DNA of 63,412 nt, counting the filler, from Pirum gemmata (Eukaryota): NCBI GenBank assembly GCA_002812295.1. It is 23 parts of 23 records of this genome, joined end to end, with 100 filler letters (N's around TTAATTAATTAA, not from the genome) between each part and the next. Parts side by side here need not be neighbours in the genome. Positions count along the whole stretch, not along the records: positions 10,140 to 12,523 come from PDIN01006613.1; positions 12,624 to 15,024 come from PDIN01006614.1; positions 15,125 to 19,181 come from PDIN01006615.1; positions 19,282 to 21,591 come from PDIN01006616.1; positions 21,692 to 24,093 come from PDIN01006617.1; positions 24,194 to 26,570 come from PDIN01006618.1; 17 more parts are not named here. The stretch is one strand, 5' to 3'. Under the pieces are notes generated by a model. The model saw only the letters and a program-made list of their open reading frames with translations, ran no database searches and had not been told where the DNA came from. Made by a program: the position numbers and the translations under genes. Shown here piece by piece: positions 12,474-25,225 of this stretch; position 1 is the stretch's first letter, and each line of letters begins with the position of its first letter.

Positions 12474-12891
12474 TTTCCTTGAGTTAAATTATCTTGAAGC
12501 AGAAAATCTATTATTATTATTATNNNNNNNNNNNNNNNNNNNNNNNNNNNNNNNNNNNNNNNNNNNNTTAATTAATTAANNNNNNNNNNNNNNNNNNNNN
12601 NNNNNNNNNNNNNNNNNNNNNNNGTTAGGGTAGGGTTAGGGTTAGAGGGTTAGGGTTAGGGTTCGGGTTAGAAGGATTACGGGTTAGAGGGGTTACGGGT
12701 TAGGGTTAGGGGGATTAGGGGTTAGGAGTTAAGGGGTTAAGTGGTTAGGGGTAGGTTAGTTGGTGGGGCCAGTGTTAGGGGTTAGGGGTTAGAAGGTTAT
12801 AGCGGTTGTGGTCTATGTAACATTGCTAAGATTTTTTTATAATATTGATATTAACGCAGTACAATCCAACTTCTTCTATTTATAATTGCAG

Positions 12892-12975
12892 GGTGATTTG
12901 AAAAAATATTTTGAAAAAACTTACGATTTGACTTTTGATGATTTGCCTGAACGAGGAAAACTAGATATACAAGAA
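12892..12975 (+). CDS. Isolated internal exon, unknown protein
   Basis: TTGCAG acceptor, GT donor, 84-nt open frame GDLKKYFEKTYDLTFDDLPERGKLDIQE. Confidence 0.45.
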
Positions 12976-13046
12976 GTAAAAAATTCTTCTTATTTCTTTA
13001 ATTAATTTTTTGATAGGAGTTTATTTTTATTTTTTTATTTTTTTAT

Positions 13047-13284
13047 CTACCAAGCCGGATGCAAATGATGACATCCGCCATATGAGCTCAAAAATCTAAA
13101 AAATCTCAAAATAATCCAATTTTAATGAAAGTAATACCAAAATTTGAGAAATCGTCTAACTAAGAAAATTCTTTTATGAACCAATTGCTAGTTTTTAAAA
13201 ATAATTTGGCTAGTTAACATTATAGGTTTTTAGAAAAGAAGTATATAAAAAAAATAATTTCTACAGTTTTATCCGGCTTGGCTG
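13047..13284. mobile_element. MITE family A (about 220-240 bp; TIR C(T/A)(A/G)CCAAGCCGGAT)
   Basis: Terminal inverted repeats seen; other copies or fragments at 5520-5579, 45820-45850, 52138-52370, 52915-53091, 56315-56535, 56645-56800, 58360-58445. Confidence 0.8.
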
Positions 13285-13329
13285 TTAAAAAAAAATTAAA
13301 AAATTAAAAATGATAATAGTAATAAATAA

Positions 13330-14430
13330 CAATTGTTTTTTGAATTTACATTGGGCGGGCTGTCCGCTTTCCCCTCAAATCGGAATTCGAACATAGTAAA
13401 TAAATATGTTCGAAAGATATGGAAGAAGTAAAAAGTCTTAAGTTATTTTATACAATAACAATAAATTGACTTTTTTTGGTTTTAGTTGCCGTGAACTGTC
13501 CGAAAAACTGCTTTATTTTCGATCAAATTTCGAGTATAGTAAATAACTATGCTTGAAAAACTGTTTTAGTAAGTGAACATCTACTAATGATTAAGTGATG
13601 CTGGTTATTTCTTTTAATTAATTTAGAAAGAATAACAATTCAGTTGAATTTTTTTGTTTTGGAAATTATCTGGAACTGTACGAAAAATTGCTTTATTTTT
13701 GATCGAAATTCGAGCATAGTAAATAATTATGTTTGGAAAAACTGTTTTAGTTTACCCGTTTGATAATGGTTATTCCTTTTTAATTAAGTTAGAAGAATAA
13801 CAATAAGTTGACTTTTTGTTTTGGAAGTTACCTTGAGCTGTACGAATAACTGCTTTATTTTTGATCGAAATTCGAGGATAGTAAATAATTATGTTTGGAA
13901 AAACTGTTTTAGTAATTGAGCATCTACTAATAATTAAGCTTACTCGTTTGATAATGGTTATTCCTTTTTAGTTAATTTTGAAGAATAACAATAAGTTGAT
14001 TTTTTTTTGTTTTTGAAGCTACCATAAGCTGTCCGAAAAACTGCTTTATTTTCGAACATAATAAATAATTATGTTTGAAAAAACTGTTTTAGTAATTGAA
14101 CATCTACTAATGATTGAGCTTACTCTTTTGATAATGGTTATTTCTGAAAGAATAACAATAAGTTGACTTTTTTTGTTTTTGACGTTACCATGAGCTGTCC
14201 GAAAAACTGCTTTATTTTCGATCGAAATCCGAGCATAGTAAATATTTATGTTTGAAAACTGATTTAGTAATTGAACATCTACTAATAAGCTTTTACCCAT
14301 TTCAATTTTGTGGTAGACCTTTGGGCTGTTCGAACCCGCTCTAAATTCGAACATAATAAATATATGTTCGATAAAGAAGAAGTAAAAAAATTCTTTTTAA
14401 TTAATTTTTTATATAAATGAGCTGTCCGAA
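13330..14430. repeat. Degenerate tandem repeat, about 140-195-bp unit, about 7 copies
   Basis: Recurrent GCTGTCCGAAAAACTGCTTTATTTTCGATC..TAGTAAATAATTATGTTTG..GAATAACAATAAGTTGACTTTT. Confidence 0.9.
14317..14381 (+). CDS. Possible small internal exon embedded in the tandem repeat
   Basis: TTTTGTGGTAG acceptor, GAA|GTAAAA donor, open frame (D)LWAVRTRSKFEHNKYMFDKEE. Confidence 0.3.
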
Positions 14431-15124
14431 AAATTCTCGTTCGGATATAGGAACCTTTCTTAGTAATTGATAAAATTAAACCATTTGGTTGCAAGACAGA
14501 TTAGGTAAAATAGGATATTTTGCCAGAATATCCTACTTTTTCTACTTTAGGTTAAAAATTTATTTAGTAAATTCAACGTATCCTACTTTTTCTTCTTACT
14601 TTTCCTACTTTAGGGTAAGAAAAATTTTACTTCACCTACCAAAAACGCAAGAATTTAATTTATAAATTCGAAAATATCCCCTACTTTGCCATAATATATA
14701 CTACTTTTTCTACTTTTTAGAAGTTATCAAAACCAATGCTAAAACTTACCCATTGAATTTTAATAATAGCCAAGAACATTATTTTGGCAGGTTTTAGTTA
14801 TTATTTATAAATGTAATTAATGGCAGGCTATTACCAAATAAAATCGCAGGATAAATAATAATAGTAATAATAATAATAATAATAATAACATTAAGTTTCA
14901 AAATTTTCCAGCTGTAAATTGTTGATCCTTTCATTGCTAATAATTACATTTTTCCACGTTTTTTTTTTATTATTATTTTATGATTGTATCTTCTAACGAG
15001 CTTTAATTTTGGCTAGCTATATATNNNNNNNNNNNNNNNNNNNNNNNNNNNNNNNNNNNNNNNNNNNNTTAATTAATTAANNNNNNNNNNNNNNNNNNNN
15101 NNNNNNNNNNNNNNNNNNNNNNNN

Positions 15125-15156
<32 letters not shown>

Positions 15157-16741
15157 TGTAACCCTTTTGTAAAACCCAAAGCCTGAGGAGGCTGAGGTGG
15201 TCTTTGGTAAAACCACAGGGTAAAAAGTGGGTAAAACCACTGTAAAACCAGATTATTAGAGCTCGAAAATAGTAGGACTCGAAAATATCCAATCAAAATT
15301 CTGTACGTATTAAGAAAAAAATGTAGTAAATTTATACAATTGTGATAAAATATACAATAAATAGTACCAAATAAATACAATATAAATCCTTTTGACATAT
15401 TTTAGTATATTTTATTATTTATGTATTGATTTAAAAATGTCAATTTAAAGATTATAACCCTCCAAATAAATATTTGTGACAAAATAAATTTTTCGTTTGC
15501 TCTCTTTTTTTATCGTATTATTACTATTATTATCCACTGATATATTATTAGTATAATACTATTACTATTACTATTACTATTACTATTATTATTATTACTA
15601 TTACTATTACTATTACTATTATTATTATTATTATTACTGTTACTATTACTATATATATTATACTATAATTACTATTACTGTTACTATTAAAAAAATATTA
15701 CCAGTTACTGTTAATATTACCATTGCTATTACTAATTATCATATTAATACTATTATCATAAATGACGTATTAATACTCTATATGATAAAACTAAATCATA
15801 TATTAATATATATAAATATATCAATATTTTAAATTTTAAATTTATTAAAATTGAAAGGTTAATTAACGTTGTTGTGGTTTTGCTAAAGCAGCTAACCATA
15901 GTTCTTTCTCAAGTAGCTGTTCATAAATATATATAGCAATATTGTAATTATAATAGTAATATATAGTAATTAATAATATTAATAGTAATAGTATATATGA
16001 TATTAATATATAGTAATTATAATAGTAAAATTAATATTATTAGTATATAGTATCAGCAATAGCTACAGTAATATTTTGCTTGACGTATTTTGAATTTTTG
16101 AATTCCAGAACTGCGCAAAAATACCTAAAATAAGTCTAAAATGCGAATATTTGAAATCGATAGTATTATTTTTTTTTTCAATTAGTTTGGTTTATTTTTC
16201 GATCAATCAATATTTATTATAACATTATTTATGTTTAACGTAATCGAAACTAGATCGAAAAATGTCGACTCAGTTAATATATATAAAAAAGCAAACTGAT
16301 AAGAAATATTCGCATCATCCCCATAAGTTAACTATAAGTTACCTAGCTAGTAGCGCAGCACTCAATTAAGTCGGTCCTAGCTAGCTAGCTACTAGTTACC
16401 TAACTGTTACATAATAGAATTATCACACTTTCAGCTTTTGCATAGGTTTTATCTTCAAATTCAAGGTTTTGAACTCGAAATAATTTTAAGTTACCGAGTA
16501 TATAATTAACTTATTTAACTCGAATTTATTTTTTGATATTACGAGCCAGAAGAATAAAAAAAAAGTAGTGGAAAAGTTCAAAGGAGCAAACAAAGTCCTG
16601 AGCAAACCTTCGCAACAAACCTTTTTCGAGTCTTTTTCGTCTACTACTCAGAAGAGTTTGCAAATTGTAATACCATAAACATAAACAAATTATTGATTGG
16701 GATATTTCTTATGATCAGTAGTGGTAGTGGTGGTGGTGGTG

Positions 16742-16788
<47 letters not shown>

Positions 16789-17121
16789 TGTAGTAGTAGT
16801 AGTAGTAGTAGTAGTAATAGTAGTNATAATGATAATAATAATGATAATAATGATAATGATAATGGTGGTGGTGGTGATGATGGTGGTTTTTGTTGTAGTT
16901 ATATCTACAGGTGTTGTTGGAGTTGTAAATATAGTTGTGGTATAGTTGTAATTGTAGTTATAGTTCTAGTTCTAGTTCTAGTTCTAGTTCTAGTTCTAGT
17001 TCTAGTTCTAGTTGTAGTTGTAGTTGTAGTTGTAGTTGTAGTTGTAGTTGTTAGTAGTTGTCGTTATGGTGGTGGTGGTGGTTGCAATAACAGTGACAAA
17101 TATAATATTAGTAACACTTAC

Positions 17122-19015
17122 TTGAGCCCAAGTAGACACTTCTTCGTTTTCATCTGGGTAATAAATCATGCAAACTAGCACCATTTTAGGTTTTCGTTTA
17201 GAAACAAGTTGTTTTATATATTTTTCGGTTTTTTTTTGGAAATAATTTTGAAAATATGAAAAACCATAAGCTCTGCCCTCTTTAATACTTTCTATAGAAT
17301 TCATAAAAGATGTCATTAACAACATGTTCATCGCAGTTTTTACAGAAGGATCTGGTTTTGCAGAAATATATGTTAATGACTCTAATAAATAATTACACTC
17401 ATGTTTATGATTATGTTTATGATTCATTATGATTATGATTATGATTATGTTAAACTTATAATATGGTTATGGTTATGGTTATGGTTATGGTTATGTTATT
17501 TGTTGTATTAATGCTAATCGTGGTTATTGTCTTAATTGCTATTGCTGTTGTTCTTGTTGTTCTTATTCTTGTTCATGTAATTCTTATTTTTATTTTTATT
17601 TTTATTCTTATTCTTATTCTTGTTCTTGTTCTTGTTCTTGTTCTTGTTCTTGTTCTTGTTCTTGTTCTTATTCTTTATTCTTATTCTTTATTCTTATTCT
17701 TTATTCTTATTCTTTGCTCTTGTTCTTGTTCTTGTTCTTGTTCTTGTTATTCTTATTCTTATTCTTATTCTTATTCTTTATTCTTATTCTTTATTCTTAT
17801 TCTTATTCTTATTCTTATTCTTATTCTTATTCTTATTCTTTATACTCACAACCAGAATGTCTTCATTAGTTATATTATCAACAATAAATTCATCTTGAGC
17901 AAACATGGACTTGTTGTTGTAGTTTTCAACTCTTTGCTGAAGAGTTGTTGCTTCGCACGCACAATTTATAGCAACATAGTTTTTCAGCTTTTCGTGGTAG
18001 GTTTTATCTTCAAATTCAATATAATTTTCCTGTTAAGTAATAAAATTGTAATAGCAATGTTGAGTTTTAAATATAATAGTATAGCCACAATTATAATTAT
18101 AATTATAATTATAACCATAACAACAACCACACAACCGTAACCATAACCACAATCGTAATCATAACCACAAAACCACAAAACCACAACCACACAACCAACC
18201 TTAACCATAACCACAACCGACCATAACCCTAACCACAACCACAGCCACAACTACAACAACGACAACTACTACTACAGCTACAACTACTACTACTATTACA
18301 ACTACAACTACAATTACAATTACAATTACAACTACAACTGTAACTACAACTGCAACTACAACTGCAACTGCAACTACAACTACAACTACAACTACAAATA
18401 CAAATACAACTATACCACAACTATATTTACAACTACAAAACCACAACCACCGACACAAAGTTACCACCACCACAAAACTACCACCACCACCACAAAGCTA
18501 CCACCACCACCACAAAACTACCACCACCACCACAAAACTACCACCACCACCACAAAACTACCACCATAATCACAATCACAACTACAGTTACAGTTACAAT
18601 TAGAACACTAATAATCGCAACTTAACTGGTACAACCGAAACTACTCGAAATAGCAAATACACAATAATAAACAAACCGTTACCACTGAAACTATTCGGTT
18701 TAAAAACTATACAAGGCTCATTTTGAAAAAACTTATTAAAAAAATAATGATGAAAAAAGAGGGGTACCAATGACGAAGTAAAACAATAGAGATGGGAAAG
18801 AGTGAAATAACTAAACTGAATACTAAAAAGCACGAGGAAGAAGAACAAATAGTATTATTTAACGAAGATGAAAATAAAAAATACATGATAATTAAAAAGA
18901 AAGCTATTTAAATTGAAGGCTATATCTGCTTTCATTCGTGGTTCTGATAAAATCTCCTTGTATCCAGGAAGAGTTTTGTGTTGCCCACAGCCATGTCCAA
19001 TCCAATATTTATTGT
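17122..19015 (-). CDS. Uncharacterised SGNH-hydrolase-like protein, partial; exons 19015-18885, 18029-17850, about 17380-17122
   Basis: Exons give DNKYW..GYKEILSEPRMKADIAFNLN, AINCACEATTLQQR..QDEFIVDNITNEDILV and YIKQLVSKRKPKMVLVCMIYYPDE..STWA; the second junction's phase is uncertain. Confidence 0.65.
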
Positions 19016-19097
19016 CTGTTATTGATTATAAAACAAGATACAATAAGAAAATGTTGTTGCTGCCTTTACTTACTATTATTATTATTTATTATTATTG

Positions 19098-19145
<48 letters not shown>

Positions 19146-19572
19146 TGAAATTGGGTTCCTTTCAAGAAAAATGGGAGTCTTNNNNNNNNNNNNNNNNNNN
19201 NNNNNNNNNNNNNNNNNNNNNNNNNTTAATTAATTAANNNNNNNNNNNNNNNNNNNNNNNNNNNNNNNNNNNNNNNNNNNNGTTGTGGTTGTTGTGGTTG
19301 TTGTGGTTGTTGTGGTTGGTTATGATTATTGTTGCGATTGTCGTTGTGCTTGTGCTTGTGCTTGTGCTTGTGTTTGTGTTTGTGTTTGTGCTTGTGCTTG
19401 TGTTTGTGCTTGTGTTTGTTCTTGTGCTTGTGCCTGTGCTTGACTTGTACTTGTATTTATGTGCTTGTGTCTGTGTTTGTGTCTGTGTTTGTGTATGTGC
19501 TTATGCTTTGTGTTTGTGTTTGTGTTTGTGATGTAATATTAATATAATTAACAATTAATATATGTTTATTAG

Positions 19573-19699
19573 CACTGGTTCTGTATTCAGCTTTATTTAT
19601 ACGTTGGTCTATTGCCATCTCTCCTCCTAATTATGCTCTTTTTGCTTGTCACGTCACCAACGAATTTGCGCAATTAGTCCAGTTGGGTCGATGGGGAAA
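19573..19699 (+). CDS. MPC1: Mitochondrial pyruvate carrier 1, internal exon
   Basis: [41 protein letters not shown] carries the MPC1-type LFACHxTNE motif; AG and GTATGT boundaries. Confidence 0.85.
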
Positions 19700-20035
19700 G
19701 TATGTATTTTTCTATGTTAGTTAGGGTTAGGGGGTAGGGCAGTGTTAGTTGCTGTGTTGGTTGTTGTGTTGGTTGTTAGGGTTGGGGTTAGGGTTAGGGT
19801 TAGGGTTAGGGCAAGGATTAGTTAGGGTTAGGATAGAGTAAGTATTGTTTTATATTAATTAAAGGTTAAGGGGTTAGGAGTTGGGGTTGGAGTTAGGGTT
19901 TAGGTTGGGGCTAGGATGAGGAAGGTATATATTTTATTATATTAGTTAGGGTTAGAGCTAGGATAAGGGTTACAATTCGGGTAGTATATATTTCATTATA
20001 TCACAAATTATATATGCAATCGATAAGTAATTCGG

Positions 20036-20076
<41 letters not shown>

Positions 20077-20127
20077 AAACACTAAGTATCAATAATAATA
20101 AATTTTTATGTTATTCATTTTTCTTAG

Positions 20128-20851
20128 GTATGCCAATTCGAGATTTCGAACCTCGTCGCAACTCAACATTTAGTATTTCTTCTGGTGATTTGGCAATACA
20201 ACCCGCTCCACCCGTACTTCCTCCACGCCGAGTAGATAAAAGTAAGTCTTTGTTTTTAATAAATTTTTATAACTTATTTTCCGTTATGGCTAATAAATAA
20301 TTATATCTTTACGTTTCAATTATTTAAAAGAAATGTATTGGTGAATTAGTCATTACAGTCACTGGCTTCAAATTTACATGTAATAGGTAACCAAAAACTA
20401 AAATACCTTTCCTGTGTGAAGATGAAAAACCAACCTTATTTTATATAATTATTATTTAGGAACCAATTTACTTACAAACAGCATAAGTTTGGGAACCTTA
20501 TCTGAGAAAGATGGTGATTCAAAAATAAAGGCTAGCTCTAGCAGCAACAATATAATAAAAGAAGTTTTCAGAATACCTCCAGAACGACCACCAAAAAAAA
20601 GTATTGATTCGTTAGATAGTGGAAGTAGTATGAAATCTAGTAGCGCCAGTATTCATGATGAAAAAGCCCCTTATTTATCAACGACTGCTAATAGTAATAA
20701 TGCTGGTGACGAAAATGCTCTATATTTACCCATTAACGCTAATGACAAATCAAATAAGTTGTACTTAACAACCTTCTCAAGTGATTCTGAAGATTCTGAT
20801 GCCGATATTACTAGTGAATATATCGATACAATTTCCTCAATTGTTTCGTCA
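20128..20851 (+). CDS. Pro/Ser-rich signalling-adaptor-like protein, partial; exons 20128-20241 and 20460 to about 20851
   Basis: In-phase exons encode PAPPVLPPRR, PPERPPKK and Tyr motifs (YLST, YLPI, YLTT, YIDT); 3' boundary uncertain. Confidence 0.55.
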
Positions 20852-22499
20852 GTGAAGTACTATTGTTTATTTGATATACATTTTTTTGTCAAGGGTTTGG
20901 AGTAAGGTTGGGATTAGGGTTGGGGTTAAGGTTAGGTTAGGGGTTAGAGTTAAGGTTAGGTTCGGGTTTGGTTTGGGGTTAGGGTTAAGGTTAGGTTTGG
21001 GGTTAGGGTTAAGGTTAGGTTTGGGGTCAGGGTTAAGGTGGGTTTAGGATTAGGATTAAGAATAGGATTAGGGTTCCTTTTAATTCTTTTACTCTGTTTT
21101 TTATATATCGTTATTAAATATTAATATTAGTTGTTTGGTCGTTTTTTCCTTCAAATATTCATTTTTCTTCAAATATTCACTTGTTTGAAATTAGAAAATG
21201 ATTATATTTTTATTGTTGTTGGAAGGAAGGGGGGCAAGTTCTGTTTCTGTTTTGTAAAAATTGGAAGTACAACTTAATCATAGATTGTTTTTCACTTCCC
21301 TTTTTATTCTGTTAATTGGTCTTTTAAATATATTAATATTTGGTTTTTTAGTTGCTGAACTTTCTCAAATACTTACTTGTTTGATATAGGAAAACAGTTA
21401 TATCCTTATTGTCATTATTGTTGTTAATGTTGTTTATGTGGTTATTGTGGTTATTATCGTTATTGTTATTGTTGTTATTGTTGTTATTGTTGCTATTGTT
21501 GTTATTGTTGTTGTTGTTGTTGTTGTTGTTACTGTTGTTATTGTTGTTATTGTTGTTATTGTTGTTATTGTTGTTATTGTTGTTATTGTTGNNNNNNNNN
21601 NNNNNNNNNNNNNNNNNNNNNNNNNNNNNNNNNNNTTAATTAATTAANNNNNNNNNNNNNNNNNNNNNNNNNNNNNNNNNNNNNNNNNNNNCTACAGTCT
21701 ACTATCACTACTATAGATATCATAGCTAGCTAGCTAGCTAGCTAGTAGTAGCTAGAGCTAGCCCTCATCAAAGCAGATATTTCCATAATAGACATAATTT
21801 TCAAAAAAAGATCTTTTAAACCATATAAAGCTACTTTTATCGTAAAAAGGTAATAGTTTAGTTCATATTTCCATATATAACTATGCGGGTTTTTTTTCGT
21901 AAAATCAGCTGGGAACTTGGGTAGGTTGGGGACTTTGGCCCGATTGAACCTGAACAACTCATATAGACTACTGGAAGAACAAATTTTGAAATGGGCTTCT
22001 TTGTTAATAGAAGTGGCTCAGCTCGAAAATAATAATTTCATATTTACTAAGGTTTGATGGTGTTTGAAGCTATTCGAGCTTATTTTTAAAAACTGGAAAG
22101 GAAAAAAATCGTACATGCAGCAAAATAAAAAACGAGCTTCATTAAGTCTACATTTTCGATTCGATTTAAAATAAGCTTTGATCGAAATTTCAATCGAGTA
22201 GCTTTTTAATGTTGAAACACTTTGTTTGAAACTTCAAACTCCTTCAACAGTTGACGTAACTAATTATTTGAAAGGGCCACTTAAAAACCCCCACCTGGAT
22301 TTTTCTCTAGGGATTTTTATTTTATACGTCATCTAAGAGTCATCATTTACTCCTTTCAAGCTTTCAATCGTTACGTCATATCAAATACATGGGAGAAGGA
22401 TTAGGAGACTATTAGGAGACTACCAGAAGCATGAAGCCGCATGATATATAGTGTGTGTTATCGATAAGTTAGATACTTTTTTAATATAAAGTTGTACAG

Positions 22500-23095
22500 C
22501 GTACATATATTCAAATTAAAGTTGCAATTAAATTTTGTTGATTTGTTTCATAATACTTTGGTATAAGTTAATTATCATTTGGTTTTAGCTTGTTGTCTTT
22601 TTCATAATAATACCATAATAATTATGTAGTCTATGATTAACAAATGTATTGTTCTTTTGTTGTATCTGATAGAAATATTGGTTTTTTAATTAAACCTTTG
22701 TTCCTAGCTAGTATTATATAGCGTTGTTACCAAGTCGTTGGTGTGTATATTGTTGGGGTTGTCGTCTACATTCGGGTTTTATGTATTAATATCAAAATAT
22801 ATTTTTTTGATGCAGGTTAGTGTAGGTTATTAGGTGTAGGTTAGCTATAGCCATTCAGTATATGTATTCCAATATTTTCTTTGGAGTAGTATTGTCAATT
22901 TGACATTGAAAAGGTTGGGTTTTCGACGTCCACTATCTTGTTGGTTTTCTTTGGGTTAGTACTAGTAACCATATAGTCTGTGTGACTTTTTAGAATTTTT
23001 GGTAGTTTTTTTGTATTGATTCTTCTATTTTTAATTATCTCTTCCCATTCATTTTGTTCTATATTCCATATTATAAAGATAAAGTTTAAAACTAC
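22500..23095 (-). mobile_element. Possible degraded non-LTR retrotransposon 3' end (zf-RVT-like relic)
   Basis: Broken frames EWEEII..KVTHRLY..KYWNTYTEWL resemble LINE C-termini; 22500-22620 recurs inverted near 62085-62190. Confidence 0.3.
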
Positions 23096-23416
23096 CCACT
23101 GGGGGAACATTCAAATAATACGTCACGTCAAGGAGTAGGTAAGTAGGTGGTATTTGACCAGAAATTAACGTCGAGGGGTAGGTAGATAGGGTTATTTGAA
23201 CGTTCTTCTAGCTAGTCTCTATTAGCTAGCCATCATAGCTGACTTTAATTAATTAATTAAAAAAGAGAGGCTATATAGACTAGTCTAGCTAGGAGTCTAC
23301 CGACCTTGAGTTGAATCGACCTCTCTAGCTACTAGCTAGTAGCTAGCTAGACCGGGTCTATCGATAGCTAGCTAGCTAGCTAGTAGTATGAATTGCTACT
23401 CTCTATCATCAAGAAA

Positions 23417-23558
23417 GGGAGCGTGCAAATAATACGTCACGTCAAGGGGTAGGTAGGTAGGTGCTATTTGAACGGAAATTAACGTCGAGGGGTAGGTAGG
23501 TAGGTAGGGGTATTTGAAGCTATATTTGACCGGAAATTGGCGTTACGTAGTATTTGAA
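23417..23558. mobile_element. PIF/Harbinger-like MITE family B (about 110-145 bp, GGTA-rich interior)
   Basis: TIR (TT)CAAATAATACGTCACGTCAA pairs with TTGGCGTTACGTAGTATTTGAA, outer end GGGAGCGTT; copies at 23101-23208, 26343-26467, 45271-45358, 54223-54338(-), 61870-61990(-). Confidence 0.7.
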
Positions 23559-23680
23559 CCAAACTTTGGAGTGGTGCCAGCCTCCAGGTAGGTAGACTAG
23601 CTATCTTGTTAGGAATTATTAACTTATATTTTAGTGAAATACCAGACATACTTTAACGTATGGAACCCATGTCTCAATTN

Positions 23681-23711
<31 letters not shown>

Positions 23712-24008
23712 GGGGGAGGGAAAAAAGTATAAATACCACGTTTTCCACCATTGCCGAACAAAACCTTTCTTTAGAATTTTTGTCTTTTATTAACTGTACG
23801 TAATTTTTATATTTGAGTGTTTATTTTTCTATGTCATGTATAATTATTATGTTATGATTATTATTATAATTATTGTTATTATAATAAAAATAATAATATA
23901 ATTATTATTATTATTATTATATTTTTATAATTACAATTATACTTATTATTATTTATTATTTATTATTTATTTATTTATCATTATTATTATTATAATTATA
24001 ATTATTAC

Positions 24009-24044
<36 letters not shown>

Positions 24045-25099
24045 TACTATTACTACTATTATTATATAATTATAATTATTATATTATTATTATNNNNNNN
24101 NNNNNNNNNNNNNNNNNNNNNNNNNNNNNNNNNNNNNTTAATTAATTAANNNNNNNNNNNNNNNNNNNNNNNNNNNNNNNNNNNNNNNNNNNNTTTTGTT
24201 TTTGGTTTTGGTTTTGTTTTTGGTTTTGTTTTTGGTTTTGTTTTTGGTTTTGTTTTTGTTTTTGTTGTTGAAGTTTTTTGCTTTTGGTAGACTATAGACC
24301 CCACCGCCTACTAGCTAGGTTGTGGGTGTTAGTGGGGATCGGTTGGAAAATTATTATTATTATTAGCATTATTATTAATGTTATTATATATAATATTATA
24401 CACATTAGTAATAATAATAATAATAATACACAACAATAATAATAACATCAACAACAATATTTATTAATAACAACAATAAAAAACAATAACAATAGCAACA
24501 ATATTTATTAATAACAACAATAACAACAATATAACAATAACAACAATAACAACAATAACAACAATAACAACAATAACAACAATAACAACAATAACAACAA
24601 TAACAACAATAACAACAATAACAACAATAACAAAAAAACAAACAATAACAACTACTACTACTACTACAACAACAGCAACAGCAACAACAATAACAATAAA
24701 TACTACTACTACTACTACTACTATTAATACTACTACTACTACTACTACCACTACTGCTATAGCTACTATAGCTATGGTCATACTACTACTACTATGATAC
24801 TACTACTAGTACTACTACACACATGTAGAGTCTACAATAACAACAATAACAACAATAACAACAACAACATCAACAACCATCAACATGTGCTTTATACATA
24901 TTATAATAAAAACAAACAATAACAACAACAACATCAACAACATCAACATGTACTAGCTATTTATTAAAAACCACATAGAAGAAAGTTTTCTTAGTCTTTT
25001 CTTTATTTAGAGTCAAGACTCAAAAGTGGCTTTTGCAGATTCCTTATGCACCAACTAATTTTGATAACTTTTTCAAATTTTAAAACTATTATATCATAG

Positions 25100-25225
25100 T
25101 AATCTTTATTTGGTAACTTTTAAGTCTATAATTGGACTTTTTTATAAAATACATCATTAAATATAAAATACCAAATAAAGTAAAACATGTCCGATAGTTT
25201 AACCATAATAAGAATTTGGTACGTT
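25100..25225. repeat. Dispersed AT-rich repeat family C (ATCTTTAATTTGGTAC..TATAATTGAACTT..ATACCAAATTAATTAAAACATGTCTGATAGTTT)
   Basis: Copies at 45530-45650, 51272-51395, 51937-51995, 53335-53455(-), 53608-53712, 56933-57011. Confidence 0.8.

Noticed and set aside
13330..14430. CRISPR-like appearance of this array and those at 27085-28915 and 62670-63245
   Set aside because: Whole units are homologous, with no unique spacers and no cas genes
15861..15914. Possible terminal exon LLEKELWLAALAKPQQR* on the minus strand
   Set aside because: Weak acceptor and no recognisable homology
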